64,000 nucleotides of DNA, taken from Moniliella sp. 'wahieum' (taxonomy: Eukaryota). The DNA lies in assembly GCA_003971905.1 (NCBI GenBank), contig RSEE01000033.1, positions 372,001-436,000 of the forward strand. Reading direction: 5' to 3'. Below the pieces are notes generated by a model. It saw only the letters and a list, made by a program, of their open reading frames with translations, did not search any database and was not told the origin of the DNA. This document shows positions 25,625-39,294 of the stretch, piece after piece. Positions within the stretch are counted from its first letter, which is position 1. Each line of letters begins with the position of its first letter. The position numbers and the translations under genes were made by a program.

Positions 25625-26731
25625 ATGGCGGATCGCGACAGCTGGAAGTCGCTGCTGCCCAACCATGATCCGCTGTATGTGTCGCCGCCCGCTGCCGCCC
25701 CCCCGTCCGTAGCCGCCCCCCCCCCCGCCCGCTCCTCCATCGCCAGCACCACCTCCGCTCTCTCCCGCCTCTCGTCCCTCTCCCTCTCCCATGCCCGCCC
25801 GCCCACCACGACCCCTCGCATCACCACAGCGACCCTCACCGCCGCATGTCCACCCTCTCCAGCACAGCTCCCACTCGACCTATTCCGCCACCATCCCCCC
25901 CACCAGTGTCGCCCCGGGCAGTCTGTCCACCCCCACTCCCAGCAAGCGCCCCCCCCTGCCGCTACCGACCTCGCCGCCAGCCTTTCCCCCGCGCCCGCCG
26001 CCCACCCCCACGCACGGAGAAGAACCTGGACCAGGTCTCGTCGCGCTCCGCCCCCCCCAATCTCACTGCCCGTGACGCGGGCCTCTCACCGCCCTCGGTG
26101 CGCAGCGGGCCGGACGAGACGGGAATCCTGGGCATGCGGATACCGAGCCGCTCGACCGCGTCGCACGTAGTACTCGTTCCTGGAACGGCAAGAGCGGCGA
26201 GCCAGAGTATGTGGTGCAACACTCGCCCGTGCCTACCACACCACTTTCTCGAGCGCCGCCCTGCTCCGCCCGAAACGACGCTCACCGTCGACACCCATGC
26301 CTGGGATGGACATCCGCTTGCACCTGCCGGGCTTTGCGATTGAAGGGCTGACGCTCAGTGTCAGGCGCGTCGGACGGTGCACATTGTGGCGGACAAGTGG
26401 GACGAAGAGTCGGGGGGGCACTTTGAACGACGGGTGCTGTTTGTCCGGATGCAGATATGCGCCAGTGCGCGCGCAGTTTGATGGCCAATGTCTCTTGGTC
26501 CATGTGCCCCTGCGCCAACGGCAACGTCCGCCTCGCTCTACTTCCCCCCCTCCGCCGTTCCCCTGCGCCTTCGACGCCACATCCATCTCTTCTCGCAGCC
26601 ACACCCCAGCCGGCGGGCCCACCGACACGCCTTCCCCCAAACCCGCTCCCACGCTCACCGCCTGTCCTCACGCTTCGGACTCTGGGACTCCGTCGGCAGC
26701 CCTGCCCGTGGCCGAGCAAGGGCCAAGCTGA
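25625..26731 (+). CDS. Pro/Ser-rich protein with C-terminal HSP20/alpha-crystallin-like domain
   Basis: Stitched across frames: IRLHLPGFAIEGLTLSVR..RTVHIVADKWDEESGGHFERRVLF..VRAQFDGQCLLVHVPLR; N-terminus MADRDSWKSLLPNHDPLY. Confidence 0.6.
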
Positions 26732-28857
26732 ACCCACCTCCCCACCTAGCAGCCCATCTCTTGCGTTTGCCTTACCGCCTTGCCTTGCTGCCCTGTCGTG
26801 CCGCCTTGCCTCGCTGGGCCGCATCCCGCTTGCTCCCTCATACCACAACATGCCATACCCCCCTTGCATCTATCCATTCCTTCCTCGCCGTCTTCGTCCA
26901 TCCTTGCCCCCCCCCCTCCCCGCCTCTGCCCCCTCCCCACCCCCTCACTTCCCCACCCCCCTCTCCCCCCATGCTCCCCTATCCTGCCTTGCCCTGTCTG
27001 CAGGTATAGGATGTTATTAACGCCCGTCCTTTCCCCCCGCCCTCGCCACGGCCACGGCCACGGAGAAGGACATGGCCTTTGCTCCGTTTCTGTTCCCTTG
27101 CTGCTTTTGTTTCTGCATGCTTGTTTGGAATCCTGTTTGTGCGTGGTGGAAGGGTACGCTGGCCCTAGCCCGGCCCACGGTAGTAGCTGCTCCCTCGGTC
27201 CATCCTGCCCGCCCGCCCCCGTCCCATCCTCTTCGCCACCGAGGGGACCCGCGCGGCCCGGGACGAGGGGGTGAGTTGCTGCCGGGACGCAAGGCAGAGT
27301 TGGGCCCGCGCCCACGGCCTGTTGGCCAGCGCAGCGGGGCGGATACTATAGTCTAGACAGAGTCAGATTCCCGCTCCGGTCGCCCAAAACGCAGGCGTAG
27401 GTGGGTGGTAAGTCGCACCCGCTGCCCCCGCTCTCCCGACGCTGCATCGCCACCAACTCGTTTGGGCATGCGCCCTGCGCCACCCCGCCTGGTGGATCGG
27501 ATGGGGCGCGATACTAGTCCTCCCACCATCCCACTACGGGCCATCGCTCCCCATCCCCCGCGCAGGCTCCCTACCCAAGGTCAGGCCGGGACCAAGCCCC
27601 CGCCGCAGGCCGCGAGCCGGATCCCCAGTCGGTCTTCACTCTGCCGCGGTGCCCGCGACTGGGGCCGCATGGGCACGGGGTTAGGAAAAGCGATGACAGC
27701 GGCGACGGCAGGGACAGGGGGGGTTGGTTGTCCAAGGGGTATGCGTGGGTGTACGCCGGGGGGGTGTCCCAGTCCCCAGTCCCGTTGCTGTGCCCGTGCG
27801 TGGGTGGTGCGTGGACCGCGACGTGGGTGCGCACGGCATGGGCCTCCGTACGCGATCCCGGTTGCGGTTGTGTTCGGTTGGTACGGCCTGCTAGGTTCGT
27901 AGCCTTCAATCCATCCATCCGTCCATCCCTCTGCCCGACCGCCTCGATGAACGGCGCCCGGTTCGTGCGAGAAGCAAGGAGCAGATGCGATGCACCGTCA
28001 CCGTCCCCTCACCCGAGCACACGGCGCACGACGACGATTCAGGAACAGCCTGAGGTACCCTGCTGGTGCCGAGGTGCCCCACGGGCATTCCTTTGCACGA
28101 CACGGCCGTAGGCCAAGTGCCATGCGCCAAACAAGTGTACAACTACCTGCCTTGTGCTTTACAAGGTTCCACCGAGGCGACTTGGCCAATGGCAGTGCGA
28201 TCCCACGCGGCCTCCTCCAGTGTATCTTGACGTGGCGGTCAATGCGGCACCGAGGCTTGCGATCGACACGTATGCCTGCGGCCGTGTCGGTCCGCAACGT
28301 AATGGAGACGCCACCCCCCCAGCGGCCCACCGCGGCAGAGGGGGAGATTGGATGTGCAAGCCAGGGAGGGCGTGCAACAAGGGGGTGAGCGGGTAGGGCG
28401 CACAGAGCGCTCAACGTACCGCAACGGATCTTCCGGCCGAGGGGAAAGCGCAATGCGCCCGACGTCCGTCCCGCAGCCCCGGCCTGACACGACACGCCAC
28501 GACACGAGGCCCAAGCCGATCCTTCAGTTCTTGGCGCCCTACCATGGGGGCCCGCCGCAAACCACCATCCTCACGCCGGACTCCTTCATTGTTCACACAT
28601 ACCCATTAACCAGCCGATATCTACTACTACTACTATCGAGCTATAAGGATGCTCAGCATATCTCACGCAAGAGCGTGCATGCCAACATATTCTGCATAAC
28701 GCAATCAACATGCAAACGCAAGGCAGGAAAGGAGGGGAGCAGGGGGGGGGGACGGCATGTCGGTAGAAGAGAGGTAGGGGAGGGGAGAGGGTTAAGGACG
28801 TCGGACGTCCTCACGATAGGTTTTTGGATCTTGCTTGGCAGGAGCAGCAAGATGCAC

Positions 28858-31800
28858 CTACTTGCGCAGGTGCGGGGGCACATACGATCCCCGGCCCGCG
28901 GCCGCAGGGGGGTTGGACGGGGCCGGGGACCCAGGCCCAGATCCGGCCGGCGATCGTGCCGAGGGCGAGGCGCCGTCGCGCATGCCGCTCCGGGTCGAGA
29001 CAAAGCCACCCCGAGGGGGCTGGTACGCACGAGGCGCCGCGCCCGAGGGAGGAGTGTACCCGGCGCCGGCGACGCGGGCGACGAAGGCGAAGGCGAAGGC
29101 GACGAAGGGTTGTACCGGCCCGAAGCGCGCCATGCGCCGGTCGAGCGCGGCGGGAGCTCGCCCGCTGCGCCAGCACTGGACGGCACCGACGGAGGCGCCA
29201 GGCACCGCCACCAGCTGCGGCGGCGGCCGGTGCGGCGCGACGAGCTTCGGACCGGGCCAGAGCGGCTTCCTCGCGCTCGCGTTGCTTGGCCGCAGCCTCT
29301 TCGCGCTCCTTCTGCTCGGCTTCGAACCGAGCCCGACGCTCGGCGATCGCCGCTTGCCGCTTCTCTTCCGCTTGCCGCCTTCTTCCTGGGCCTGGGCGAG
29401 GCGAGCCTGCTCCTCGGCCTGACGCCGCTCCTCGTCCCGCTTGGCCTGGAGCTGTTGCTTGCGCTGCGCGATGATCGAGGCACGGTACTTGGCCTTTTCC
29501 TTGTCGCACTGCGCTTGGGCCTGGGCACGGCGCGCGGCCAAGGCCTCGGCGCGGGTCTCCTCGAGCCGAGCGCGTGCGACACGGTAGTCGGGCAGAATGG
29601 CCAGCAGACGGTCGCGCGTCTCCACGTCGGCTTGATGCTTGGCCCGCGCGGCCTCGAGCGCAACAATGCGCACATGCTCGTACGCGGCCTTGTCGGCGGT
29701 TTGCTGCGCGGCATAGTCCGCATCCTGGTGCTGGATCGCGGCACGGCGGTAGGCGCGCTCCAGGTGGTCCATCTTACGGTGGATCGCCTTGAGCCGCTCG
29801 TTCTTCTCCTTGTTCTCCCCTCAATCTGCTCCACCTGGAGCTTAACCAGCGTATCCGGGTCCATCTGGTCAATGTCCTTGTCCTCCAGCTTCAGACCGCC
29901 CTTCTCCCGCAGACTTTGGGCCATCTTGCGCGCCTCGTCGATCCGGACCGCCTGCAACTCCTTTTCGATCCGCGCACGTTCCGAGCGGCAGCCTCGGCAA
30001 CAGCACGTTGCGCATCCGCTTCCGCTTGCGCCTTGGCCTTGGCAGCCGCAGCCACAGCCTCGTCCCGCTCCCTGCTGAGTCGCAGCGCGGACGAGCTCCT
30101 TGCGGTGGGCCAACAGCTCCTTACGCGCAACGGCCGCCTCGTGCTCCGCCGTGGCAGCAGCGATTGCCTTCTCAAACGCAGCCTGCCGCTTGGCCGCGTC
30201 CGCCGTAGCCCGGGCGCCGGGGTGAAGCACATCGTTGGCCCGGTCCAGGGCGTGGGCAAGACGGCTGAGCTGGGTGCGGACCAGCTCGTCCGGGGTGGAC
30301 TGCAGACGCACGCTGTCCGAGCTGGCCGCCGCCGCACTGGGCTCGATCGAAGGGTGGCGGTCCGTGTCAAACACATCGTCTTGGAATGTGATGGAGCGCG
30401 AGGCATGGTCAATCGACAAGGCCAGGTGGCCGCGCTTGCAGGCGTTGAGCGCAAACTTCTCCACGTCCACCTCGGACAGCTGCGTGCCAGCAGCATCCGT
30501 CTTGAGCGGGCTGACGAGCTGAAGAACCTTGGCAATGGTCACATGCTCGTACACTTGACTCAGCTGCTGGAAGAGACGGGTAAGAATAACATTGTGCAAC
30601 GCCGGAATGTAGCGCTTGGCCGCGGCCGGCGAGGCGGCACCAATCTGGTCCAGAATCGGCTGCGCGTCGGCACAGATCGAGAGAGGGTGGAACTGCTGCT
30701 CGAGCATCTGGTACAGAGCACGGATGTGGGGCGAGGCGATGCGGAGCACATTGCGGCCCAGCGCATCGCGCAGCAGGCCAGCCCGCGTGGGCGTGCGCTG
30801 AAGACCCAACAGCGCATTCAGCCGTCCCGCACGCGTCTTGCTGTCCACATCCAACCCGCCAATCAAAAAGTCCGACCGGCCACGTTGCAGGTTGCCCGTG
30901 CCGGGCGCCGCCGAGGTAATCACCGGCACAGCCAGCGCCGAGAGCAGCACATTGTCCGCAATCGCACGCTGCTCCTCGGGCGTCGCCGCCTTGAGCAGTT
31001 GCTGGTCTTTGGGCGAGGCGGCACGCACAAGAGCGTGGTACCGGTTCCACGACGCGGCGTGCAGCAGCGCATTGTCCGAAACAAGGAAGATGCGAGCCAG
31101 CTTCTCGTAGTAGTTGGCCATCATGGCCAGGCGCGGCTGCTTCTTGCTCGAGGTGAGGAGCGAGTGGATGTCCTCAACAGAGCGGAAGGCCTCCTGCCAC
31201 AGCTCCAGCTCGACGGCCGCGTTGAGCTGGGCAAAGCGAATGTCGAGATGGCGCTGCAGCGTGTCCGGGTCGGTCAGGTTGAGCGCATTGGGGCTGGTGG
31301 AGTACTTGGTTGCGTTCGTCACGTGTTGGCGCAGAAGCTCGCACAGGCGACGGAACTCGGTCTTGCGCTGGTAGGCAAGGCAAAACTTGAACGCACGCAG
31401 GCCACGTTGTGGTACACCAGCTCCAGGCGCGAGTTGTTCTTGAGAATGTCGAGGGCGGTGCGGTAGGCCTCCCAGAGGAACTTGAGCCAGGGAACCACCA
31501 CCACACGGTCGCGGCGGTCACGGTCCTCCTCGACGCTGACGGCAGCGAGGAGCATGCTCTCGGGCGTTTCATCCTGCTCCAGGTCTTCGACATGCTCGTC
31601 GGTGGCGGCTTGCTGCTGCGCCTCGTGCACACGGGCGTTGGACAGCTTGAGGAAGTGGGTAATGGCAGCCTCGATGCTGTTGGGAGCGCCCTGGGCAATG
31701 TTCTTGAACTGGACCAGGCCATCCTTGGCGACGCGGCCCTTGCGCTGCTCGACGGCAAGGTCGATGAAGCGGAGCACAAGGGGCTCGAGCTGGCTGACGC

Positions 31801-31930
31801 TGACCTGGCGGATGCGGCGCTGGCCAAAGACGTCGTGCAGGGCCTGGAGCGCGGCGGCGCTCTGGCCGACGGCAACGAGCTCGTCGGCGCGCTTGAGGAC
31901 AGTGTCGGGGCGGGCGGCTTGGCGAGACAT
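28858..31930 (-). CDS. TIF32: Translation initiation factor eIF3 subunit a
   Basis: PDTVLKRADELVAVGQ, PWLKFLWEAYRTALDILKNN, LELWQEAFRSVEDIH, PCI region, coiled coil DHLERAYR, ends YVPPHLRK. Intronless; several frameshifts. Confidence 0.96.
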
Positions 31931-32796
31931 GGCGACGCGAGAGGGGGAAACCAGCTGCAGAGTGCTCCTTGTGCGCGGTGGGGCCGGGCTGAAGCGACTC
32001 GGTCGGACGACTGAGCAGCGGTGGGGTGGGGGGGGGGGGGGGGAAAGCGCGGCCAGCCCGAGGCCCAGCAGCGCCCTCGCGCCACGGGCCCAGTGTCGCC
32101 CGCCGAAGCAATTTTTTTCTTCCGCCCAGCGGAACTGCCCCCGACGCAGCGGCCGAGCCCAGCGGAACCACCTGGCAGGCATCCACTATCCAGGAGGCTT
32201 GCAATGTTGAACGTTTGGCTGGACATGGGCCGATACGAGCAGCACGCGTCATCGATCATCCACCATCCTCACCTTTCAACTCAACTTGAACGTACGTCAG
32301 TGGCTTATCGCCCACACAGAACTCCAGTGCTAGGGACCAGTGAGCGGCGACTGACGAAATACCCTCATCCACTCATGCATCGTCCGTGAGATCTGAGTCT
32401 GAGGGGTTAGAGACGGCGACATCGAGAGATTGGGACAGGCAAAAAGTGTGGGGAGAGGCGAAGCGCACGGCACTGCCCTCACGCTCTGGCCTTCCCCAAT
32501 CGGACGGGCGGGCGAGGCGCAAGCAGGCCGCGGCGATTCTGGGGGGCGCGAGGCTGCGATGGGCGTCGACCACACACACACACCCCAGCACACAGGCCAG
32601 GCAGCAGGCGTCCCTCAGCCACACGCATCGCATCCATGCCGCTTTGACAGCCCCACCCCTAGCCCAGACGGTGCAAAAAAGTTGGTCCCACTCCGCTCAT
32701 CCGCATCCAGTATTCACGCCCAACACAAGCCAATCGCAGCGCCCAGCACCCGCCCCACCACCGCCTCTCTGGCCTTGGCAGCCCCCACCACCCGCC

Positions 32797-35350
32797 ATGG
32801 CCTACGCCCAGCCCGCCTTTGCCCCCCGCCTACGCCGCCCGAGCGTCGGCAGCATTGCCAGCACGGACGATGCGTGCAGCGACGACCAGGTGCCCTCTCG
32901 ATATGTCCTGCAGATGCCCGCGCCGCCCCAGCAGCAGCCAACGTGGATGCTGCCTCACGAAGCTCCGCCCCAACTGTCAGTCCCGCCGCCCTCACGGTCG
33001 GAGCATGCCCCTATGCTCGGCAGCCTGGATCCCAGACAGCTCTCCCCTCTCCCTGGCCCCCAGCCTCGCCTGAGCGTCCCCATCGAAGCCAACGACCGGG
33101 GCCCCGAAGCGGAAGAGCTGGACCTCCTTGGGCTCCCGTCCTCGGCCTCAGGGAGAAGTGCACTTCCTCAAGACGAAGACTACTTGACGGTCAGCGAGAT
33201 ATTTTCCCCCTCGGGCATGAGCGGGAGCGAGCCCGAACACGATCCTATGGTTCCGTCGGATGCGGCCTCTTTTGAAAACCCCCCCTCGGCACCACCCATC
33301 CAGGGGAGGATGGCTAGCCCAGGTACTGGCGGCTGGGTCCGGTGGGCCGCTGCACGTTCCGCCTGGGCTGCTGCAGCGGCTGCGGCTTCTCGTGCTCGCA
33401 GAGTGTCCACGGCCTCAATGGACTCGACTGCTTCGGCTAATGAACAAGTTCCTGTTGACGCTGGGTCTCGAGAGCGACATTCAGTTACCCCAACCGCAAA
33501 CGTCACTCCGAGCAGATCGCTTCCCGATGCCTCCTGGTCCTGGGCTGGCTTGCCTCCCACTGGGACCCATCAGTCCAGTGTCGCCTCACTTTCCAACCAC
33601 GCCGAAGCAGTGCAAGCATACACCGCTCTGCCTGGCCGTGGACTGGCCATTCTCGATGAACTCGACCTGTTTGATGATGAAATTCAAGCTGCGCGCAGAG
33701 GGGCCGTGTCCCCAACATCGTTGTCGGAGCGCGATGCACTACCTTCCCTGGCAAGCAATCAGGAGGCCTTTTCGTTCCGTGTTGGGATGACCCCCCTAAA
33801 CGAGAAGGAGCCTCACACTCCATCCCGCATGCCTTCCATGGCACCATATTGTACCCCCTCCTACCTGCATTCTTTCGTCGAGAGGACGAGCTGCGTCAAC
33901 GCCCCAGCCCCCGGCAGAGACACTGACATGGTCCGAGCTACCGGCTCCTTTCCTACTTTGCTCACTCGTCACGACCCCTCCTACCTTTTACAACCTTGAT
34001 TGAGTCGGGATCGGTTCGTGCTCGACAGCCTGCACGAGCTTTGTCTCCCTTTCCGGAACAAGATGAAGGAATATTAGACCAGATGGCTGCTGCACCTGCT
34101 GCCATCTCGGCCGGGTTGCACGAACCCTCTCAACGTGGTTTCAAGCGTTCCTATCGTTCCGAGGGCGCAAGAACAACCTATGCAGACTTGCAACCCATCG
34201 AGTCAGTGCGCGTGTGGTCCCGTCTCCGTGGAGATTACGGACGGTTCACCGATGGTACCCCACCTTTTATTACCTACGATTCGGCCTCTGAGCAATCCCA
34301 TGGTGACGACGGGGGATCCATCCGCTCACACACTACCGCCACCACAAACACTGTTACGAGGATCAACCGAATGTATTCGCCTCGCACTGTGGCCTCGGGG
34401 CGTGCCTGGGCTCATTTGCCGTCTCAAGACCCAGCGGTCACAGAGAGCCCTGGCGCATGGTCTACTCGCCCTATTGCCTCTTCCTCCTCGATGCTTTCGG
34501 ACGAGGCCACGCGCTGGACGCGGCTGACCTCACCCCTGCGCAGGTTGCACCCCCGCCAATCTCGCAACGATTGATGAGCATGGTTTGGCGCAACCTCTTT
34601 GCCGTTGAGACCGATGTCGTACAGGACTTCCTTACGGCCGAGCCCGACTATGCCCACTCTCTCGAGACAAGACGCCGTTAGGGATCAGCTTTCCTGTTTC
34701 TCCCGAGATGGACTTTGGAGTGGGTGTCAGGGAGGTCCCGCCGGCTGCGCTTGCGTTACGCTCTGAGAACAGTCGCGAGTACCAGTTGGCACCCACAAAT
34801 GGAGAGATTCCTGTACCGGCCTCGCAGTTCCCCACTCCTTCTTCTGTCCTACTTCCACCGAATTTGAGTCAATCCGAAGAACGGGCTGCCCCCCTCCGGG
34901 CCGACCGACCTGCTCCTCTTCCCCTGCTCGACGACCTGCGCTCGCTCGCGCACATATCTCGCACCCAAAGGGCCCAAGCTCGACTGCTGACCACCTCTGT
35001 CGAAGCTAGACCGATGAGCTGCCCGCGTCGGAGCCGAGCATGAGCGAGGCGCTGAAAACGCTTGTTTGGCAACCTGGGTGCTCAACTCTGCACGCACCTA
35101 AGTCGTCATTTTTTCTTGCTCTCTCTCGCTGGCAGATGGCTTGTGCGTCCCTGGTCCTTGGACCATGAGCCCTCATTTGTTCCCCACACTTCTTCCCTCG
35201 CTTCCCTAGATCTCCTTCCGGGGAGAGCATGAGAGGGTCCCATCGGGTGCGCCACTGCACGTACTCAGGGATTTCCTCCTCGTCTGTCGATACGATTGCC
35301 CGGTCCAGCTCACAGGCGAGTTCCTCCCCGCTACCCTCGGCTCGGGCTTA
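32797..35350 (+). CDS. Hypothetical Ser/Pro-rich protein
   Basis: Good-context ATG (CCGCCATGG), then consecutive long same-strand ORFs (to 33999, 33996-34574, 34708-35043) that look like one frameshifted gene. No recognisable domain; 3' end uncertain. Confidence 0.55.
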
Positions 35351-37111
35351 AGTGGGGGTTCACATTTGCTTTCCCGTCCTTCTCTCCGGCACCTGAACTA
35401 CACCCTGATTCGGTGTGCACCTACACATACAGACTGCACGCCTTCCCTGTTATGCCAACTCTCCCCCCCCCAAGAAACCTGCGATTCGTAGGCCCCTTTC
35501 GCCATATCATTGTACTGATGGCCACTCCTGCCCATAGTTCTGAATTACGTCCCTGATGAATTAAGCCCTGAGCTTCCATAACTGCAAATGACAATCATTC
35601 TCCAATACACGTGCATATGATGTCATGCCTCTATGGCGGACTGAGGAAAGGGTACTTTCCTAGGGGCGCAACGTTGGAAAGGGGAGAAAGTATGTGAAAA
35701 GAGCAAGTTAGACGGGGAACACACGGATGACCTTTTGCTTGGGCATGGCATTGCCAGCACGGGCAAAGCAGAGCGGGGGTACACTACACTGTCTTTTTGG
35801 GTTCAAGATATGACTAGAAGCGCTCGTTCTTGCACCATGACATGCTTTCCCCCTTTGTAATCCAGTCCTTGAGCCCAATGATGCATCGAGCAAACAGCTG
35901 GCATTAGTACCTAGTTCTCTTCTGCATCTCTTTCTCATCCGGGCAGTCGCTCACCGAGATGCGTGCCCTTTTGGTTTGGATCCATGTATTCTTCCAGTAT
36001 AGAGAAGATGTCATTCTCTTGGGCTTGTTGTCACCCACTTCACCCACTTCACTACACAACGTACAACTCCATCCTAACGATTTACCTTCGCAATCCCACA
36101 ACTCAACGCTATTAAGTACAGTCCGCTTGAACCGGGACGGGGCACCCTGTCGTCTTGACTTTTTTATGGCAATTCGGGCCGGTCACTAGGGTCGCTAGGG
36201 TCGGTCGCCAGGGTCACTAGGGTCACTGACCTGGCGACGCGAGTGGGGCTGGTATACAGCTTGCAGATCAGTTGGTTCAGTTCCCGACTGATCCAGTGTC
36301 GAACTGAGTAGTACCCATTCAAAGTCGCCGCCTGTTCACCGGCCCTCTCCTGAGGCCTGAGAGTAGTCCATATAGTGTCACGTCGCTCATGGTGCTGAGA
36401 CCGCCTTTGATCTCGGGTCTGTGCATCAAGACGGTGGGGGGGTGGATATCGAATAGCATGAATAGCATGGCACAGCTTGCCCACTGATTTGTGGCTCGGC
36501 TGAAGTGGTGGGGCGGCGGAATGCAAGCCCGCACGGCGGCGTTTTCTGCGGCAGCATGTAAGGCGCATGGCGTGTATTGCATGCATCCGCCGGACTCCGA
36601 TGCCGTGTCTGGAAGCGGCGCAGAGCACAGCTCCCACATTGAGAAAGTTTGCAGCAGCCATCATTAATCCGTGATCACCCGTCACACGCCGCCAAGGGAA
36701 AAGCCACGGGGCGCATGTCCATCTGGAGCCCCTCCTGACAGTCGCGCCGTGCGGGGCAGCAGGCCGCCCCTGGCCGCCACTAGGCCGGGTGGTGGCCGAT
36801 CGGCCACTGGCCGAGTGTGCGGGCCAAGAAGCACTGGAGGACACTGGCGCTGGGCCTGGGCGCAGCACACAGACCAGGGGCGCCAAGCGGGCTGTGTCGT
36901 CCCAGCCTTTTCTCAGTGGCAGCCGCTGTTCACTCGCAGCGCCTCTGCTTCTCTCTTGCCCCCACCCCACCACCTCCGTCGCTGTGCGAATCTCCCCTCT
37001 CCCGAGTGCAGGCACTCTCTCTTCACCGCCCTCCCGCCTTACCCACCTCCCGCGCAGAGCGCCCACTTACAACACACCCACCTCCTTTGCCCCCACTTCT
37101 TTTTTACCGTC

Positions 37112-37961
37112 ATGGTCTCTCTCTCGCGCACTTTCTTCGCCGTCTCTGTGGCCCTTGCTGCCGCTGTCGGCACGCAAGCGTCGATGCAGAAAGATGAAGC
37201 TGCCCTTGTCCCGCAGGCTCGTGCGTTTGGCGTGCCTAACAACCACGCGCGTCTCGTCTCCCGCTTTGGCAACACGCCTCAGCGCCGTGCGCGCAAGTGC
37301 CGTCCCAAGTCGTCCGCCTCAGCGCCGGCTCAGTCATCGCCTTCCAGCAGCAGTCTTTCCAGCCCCCAGGGCAGCCATTCCCCGACGCACCACTCCCACG
37401 CGCATTCCTCCCAGGCCTCCTCTTCGGCTGCTACATCGTCGCCTAGCTCCTCCGTCAGCTCTCTCGCTCGCATGCCAAGCCCTCGCCTCGCCCATCTCCC
37501 AGCTCCTCCTTAGCTCTTCTTCGTCTTCCAAACAGGCCTCGACGAGTGGCGGTAACCATGCTGCAGGGAGCTCGTCATCTGCTCCTGCTCCTGCCCCTTC
37601 ATCCTCCTCCTCGGGCGGCGCTGGGGGCGTGTTGGCGGGCGCGGCGTCTGGCACCCACACGGGTGAGCTGACGTACTACGCCACGGGTCTCGGCGCCTGT
37701 GGCTGGACCAACAGCGACTCGGATTACATTGCTGCTATCGGTACGGGCCTTTGGAGCCAGTACGGGTTTAGCAACAGCAACAAGCTCTGCGGCCACAAGA
37801 TTGCGTTGACGTACCAAGGAAAGACGATCCAGGTGACTGCCAGTGACCAGTGCCCCGGATGCGCTCCCTTTGACCTCGACCTCAGCCCGTCGGCGTTCAC
37901 TGCGCTCGCGCCCGAGTCAGTTGGCCGGCTGACGGGTGCTACCTGGCACTTCATCTCCTGA
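37112..37961 (+). CDS. Secreted RlpA-like double-psi beta-barrel (expansin/loosenin-like) protein
   Basis: Signal peptide MVSLSRTFFAVSVALAAAVGTQA, Ser-rich linker, then GELTYYATGLGACG..SDYIAAIG..CGHKI..DQCPGC..DLDLSPSAF. Confidence 0.9.
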
Positions 37962-39294
37962 GCGCGCGATTTTTCCAGGCCCCCTTTTGCACCTTCTCAC
38001 ACACTCATCCTTGCTACCATTTTTTTTCTCTTTGCTCTGGTACATCCTGTGGAGATGTCAGCTGGCCTGGCATCCCCTCCCTGTTCCACTTTCGTTGGGC
38101 ATATGCCCTCGTGTTAAATGCACCACCACCTCCTCTTCCTCCTACCTTGTACCACAGACTTTCGTGTGACATGTCCCTGGGGCCAATCGGACACGCACCT
38201 TCGCTTCGAGTCGAACAAAGGAGATGGGTAGGAGGAAAGCGTGGCTAGGCCTTGGCTCCGATGACCGGGACCTTTGATGATCGATGATGATATATGATAG
38301 TGCAGTCACCGGCACTAGCCACATGTCACACAAGGAAATACTAATCAGGTTAATCAGCGTAACGCCACCAGGTGGTGCCAACCAGCTGACCACGCTTGTC
38401 TGACCACAGCGCGGCACTAGCGTGGCACACCATTTACAGGGGGGCAAAAGGCGGTGGGTGGATCGATGATCATTCGTGGGGACAGCAGTCGAATTCTCTT
38501 GGCACAGCCTCAGGACGTTCACTATGTTCGCGCACAACCACAACGGCCGGCCGGCCATTGTTGCTTCAAGCTTCAAGCTGCAAGCTTGAGTTCTATATAT
38601 CAAGCGCCACAATAGTACCGCCAGTTTTCTTGTCTGTCCTCGTCCTACCACCGCCACCGTTCTACCTTTGCGGTTTCTGCCAGGCAGGTCTTTCCCCGTT
38701 GCCTCTCTGCTGGATGCATCTGACCCATGTTTTTCTGCGCTCACTATAGTTGTCCGCGATGCCCGCCGTTCTTAACCCCCCGCTGTTGCGATGGTGTCCC
38801 CGGTGCAAGTATGTCACCACCTCCTACGACTGCATCTGCCGCCTGTGGCAAAATTACTGGCCCCGTCAAGCATTGCAACAGCGTCTGAGTTCACGCCTGT
38901 TTCTTATTCTTCTTCCTGCTACATCTCTGCCTGCCTCCAAAAAGATTCCCGATCGGCCTGCTCTGTCGCTGCGGGATGAGCCCTGTACCGTTTGATACGG
39001 CCAGCACTCCCCATCATCCTCTGTTTCCAATTTACTGTCATGGCGCATGGCGCCTAGCCCCCCCCCCCCCCCGCCTTCCGCCCGGGTCCTATCTCCCCGT
39101 TTGCGTTTCCCCGCTCGTCATGGGATACGGTGAATAAGATAAAAGTGAAGTGAATCATCCAGCATCGAGCAATGCCACTCCGATTCGGATGCATATGCAA
39201 ATCAACTTGTCTGGGTAGCGGAGTCGATAGATTCCTGGGCTGCGCAGGCGGCAAGTCCCGAGGGGGGAAGCATGAGATGACTCGCGGATCACCC

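Noticed and set aside
26750..28800. Many overlapping 100-190 aa ORFs
   Set aside because: Very GC-rich, stop-poor sequence between convergent genes; no coherent protein signal.
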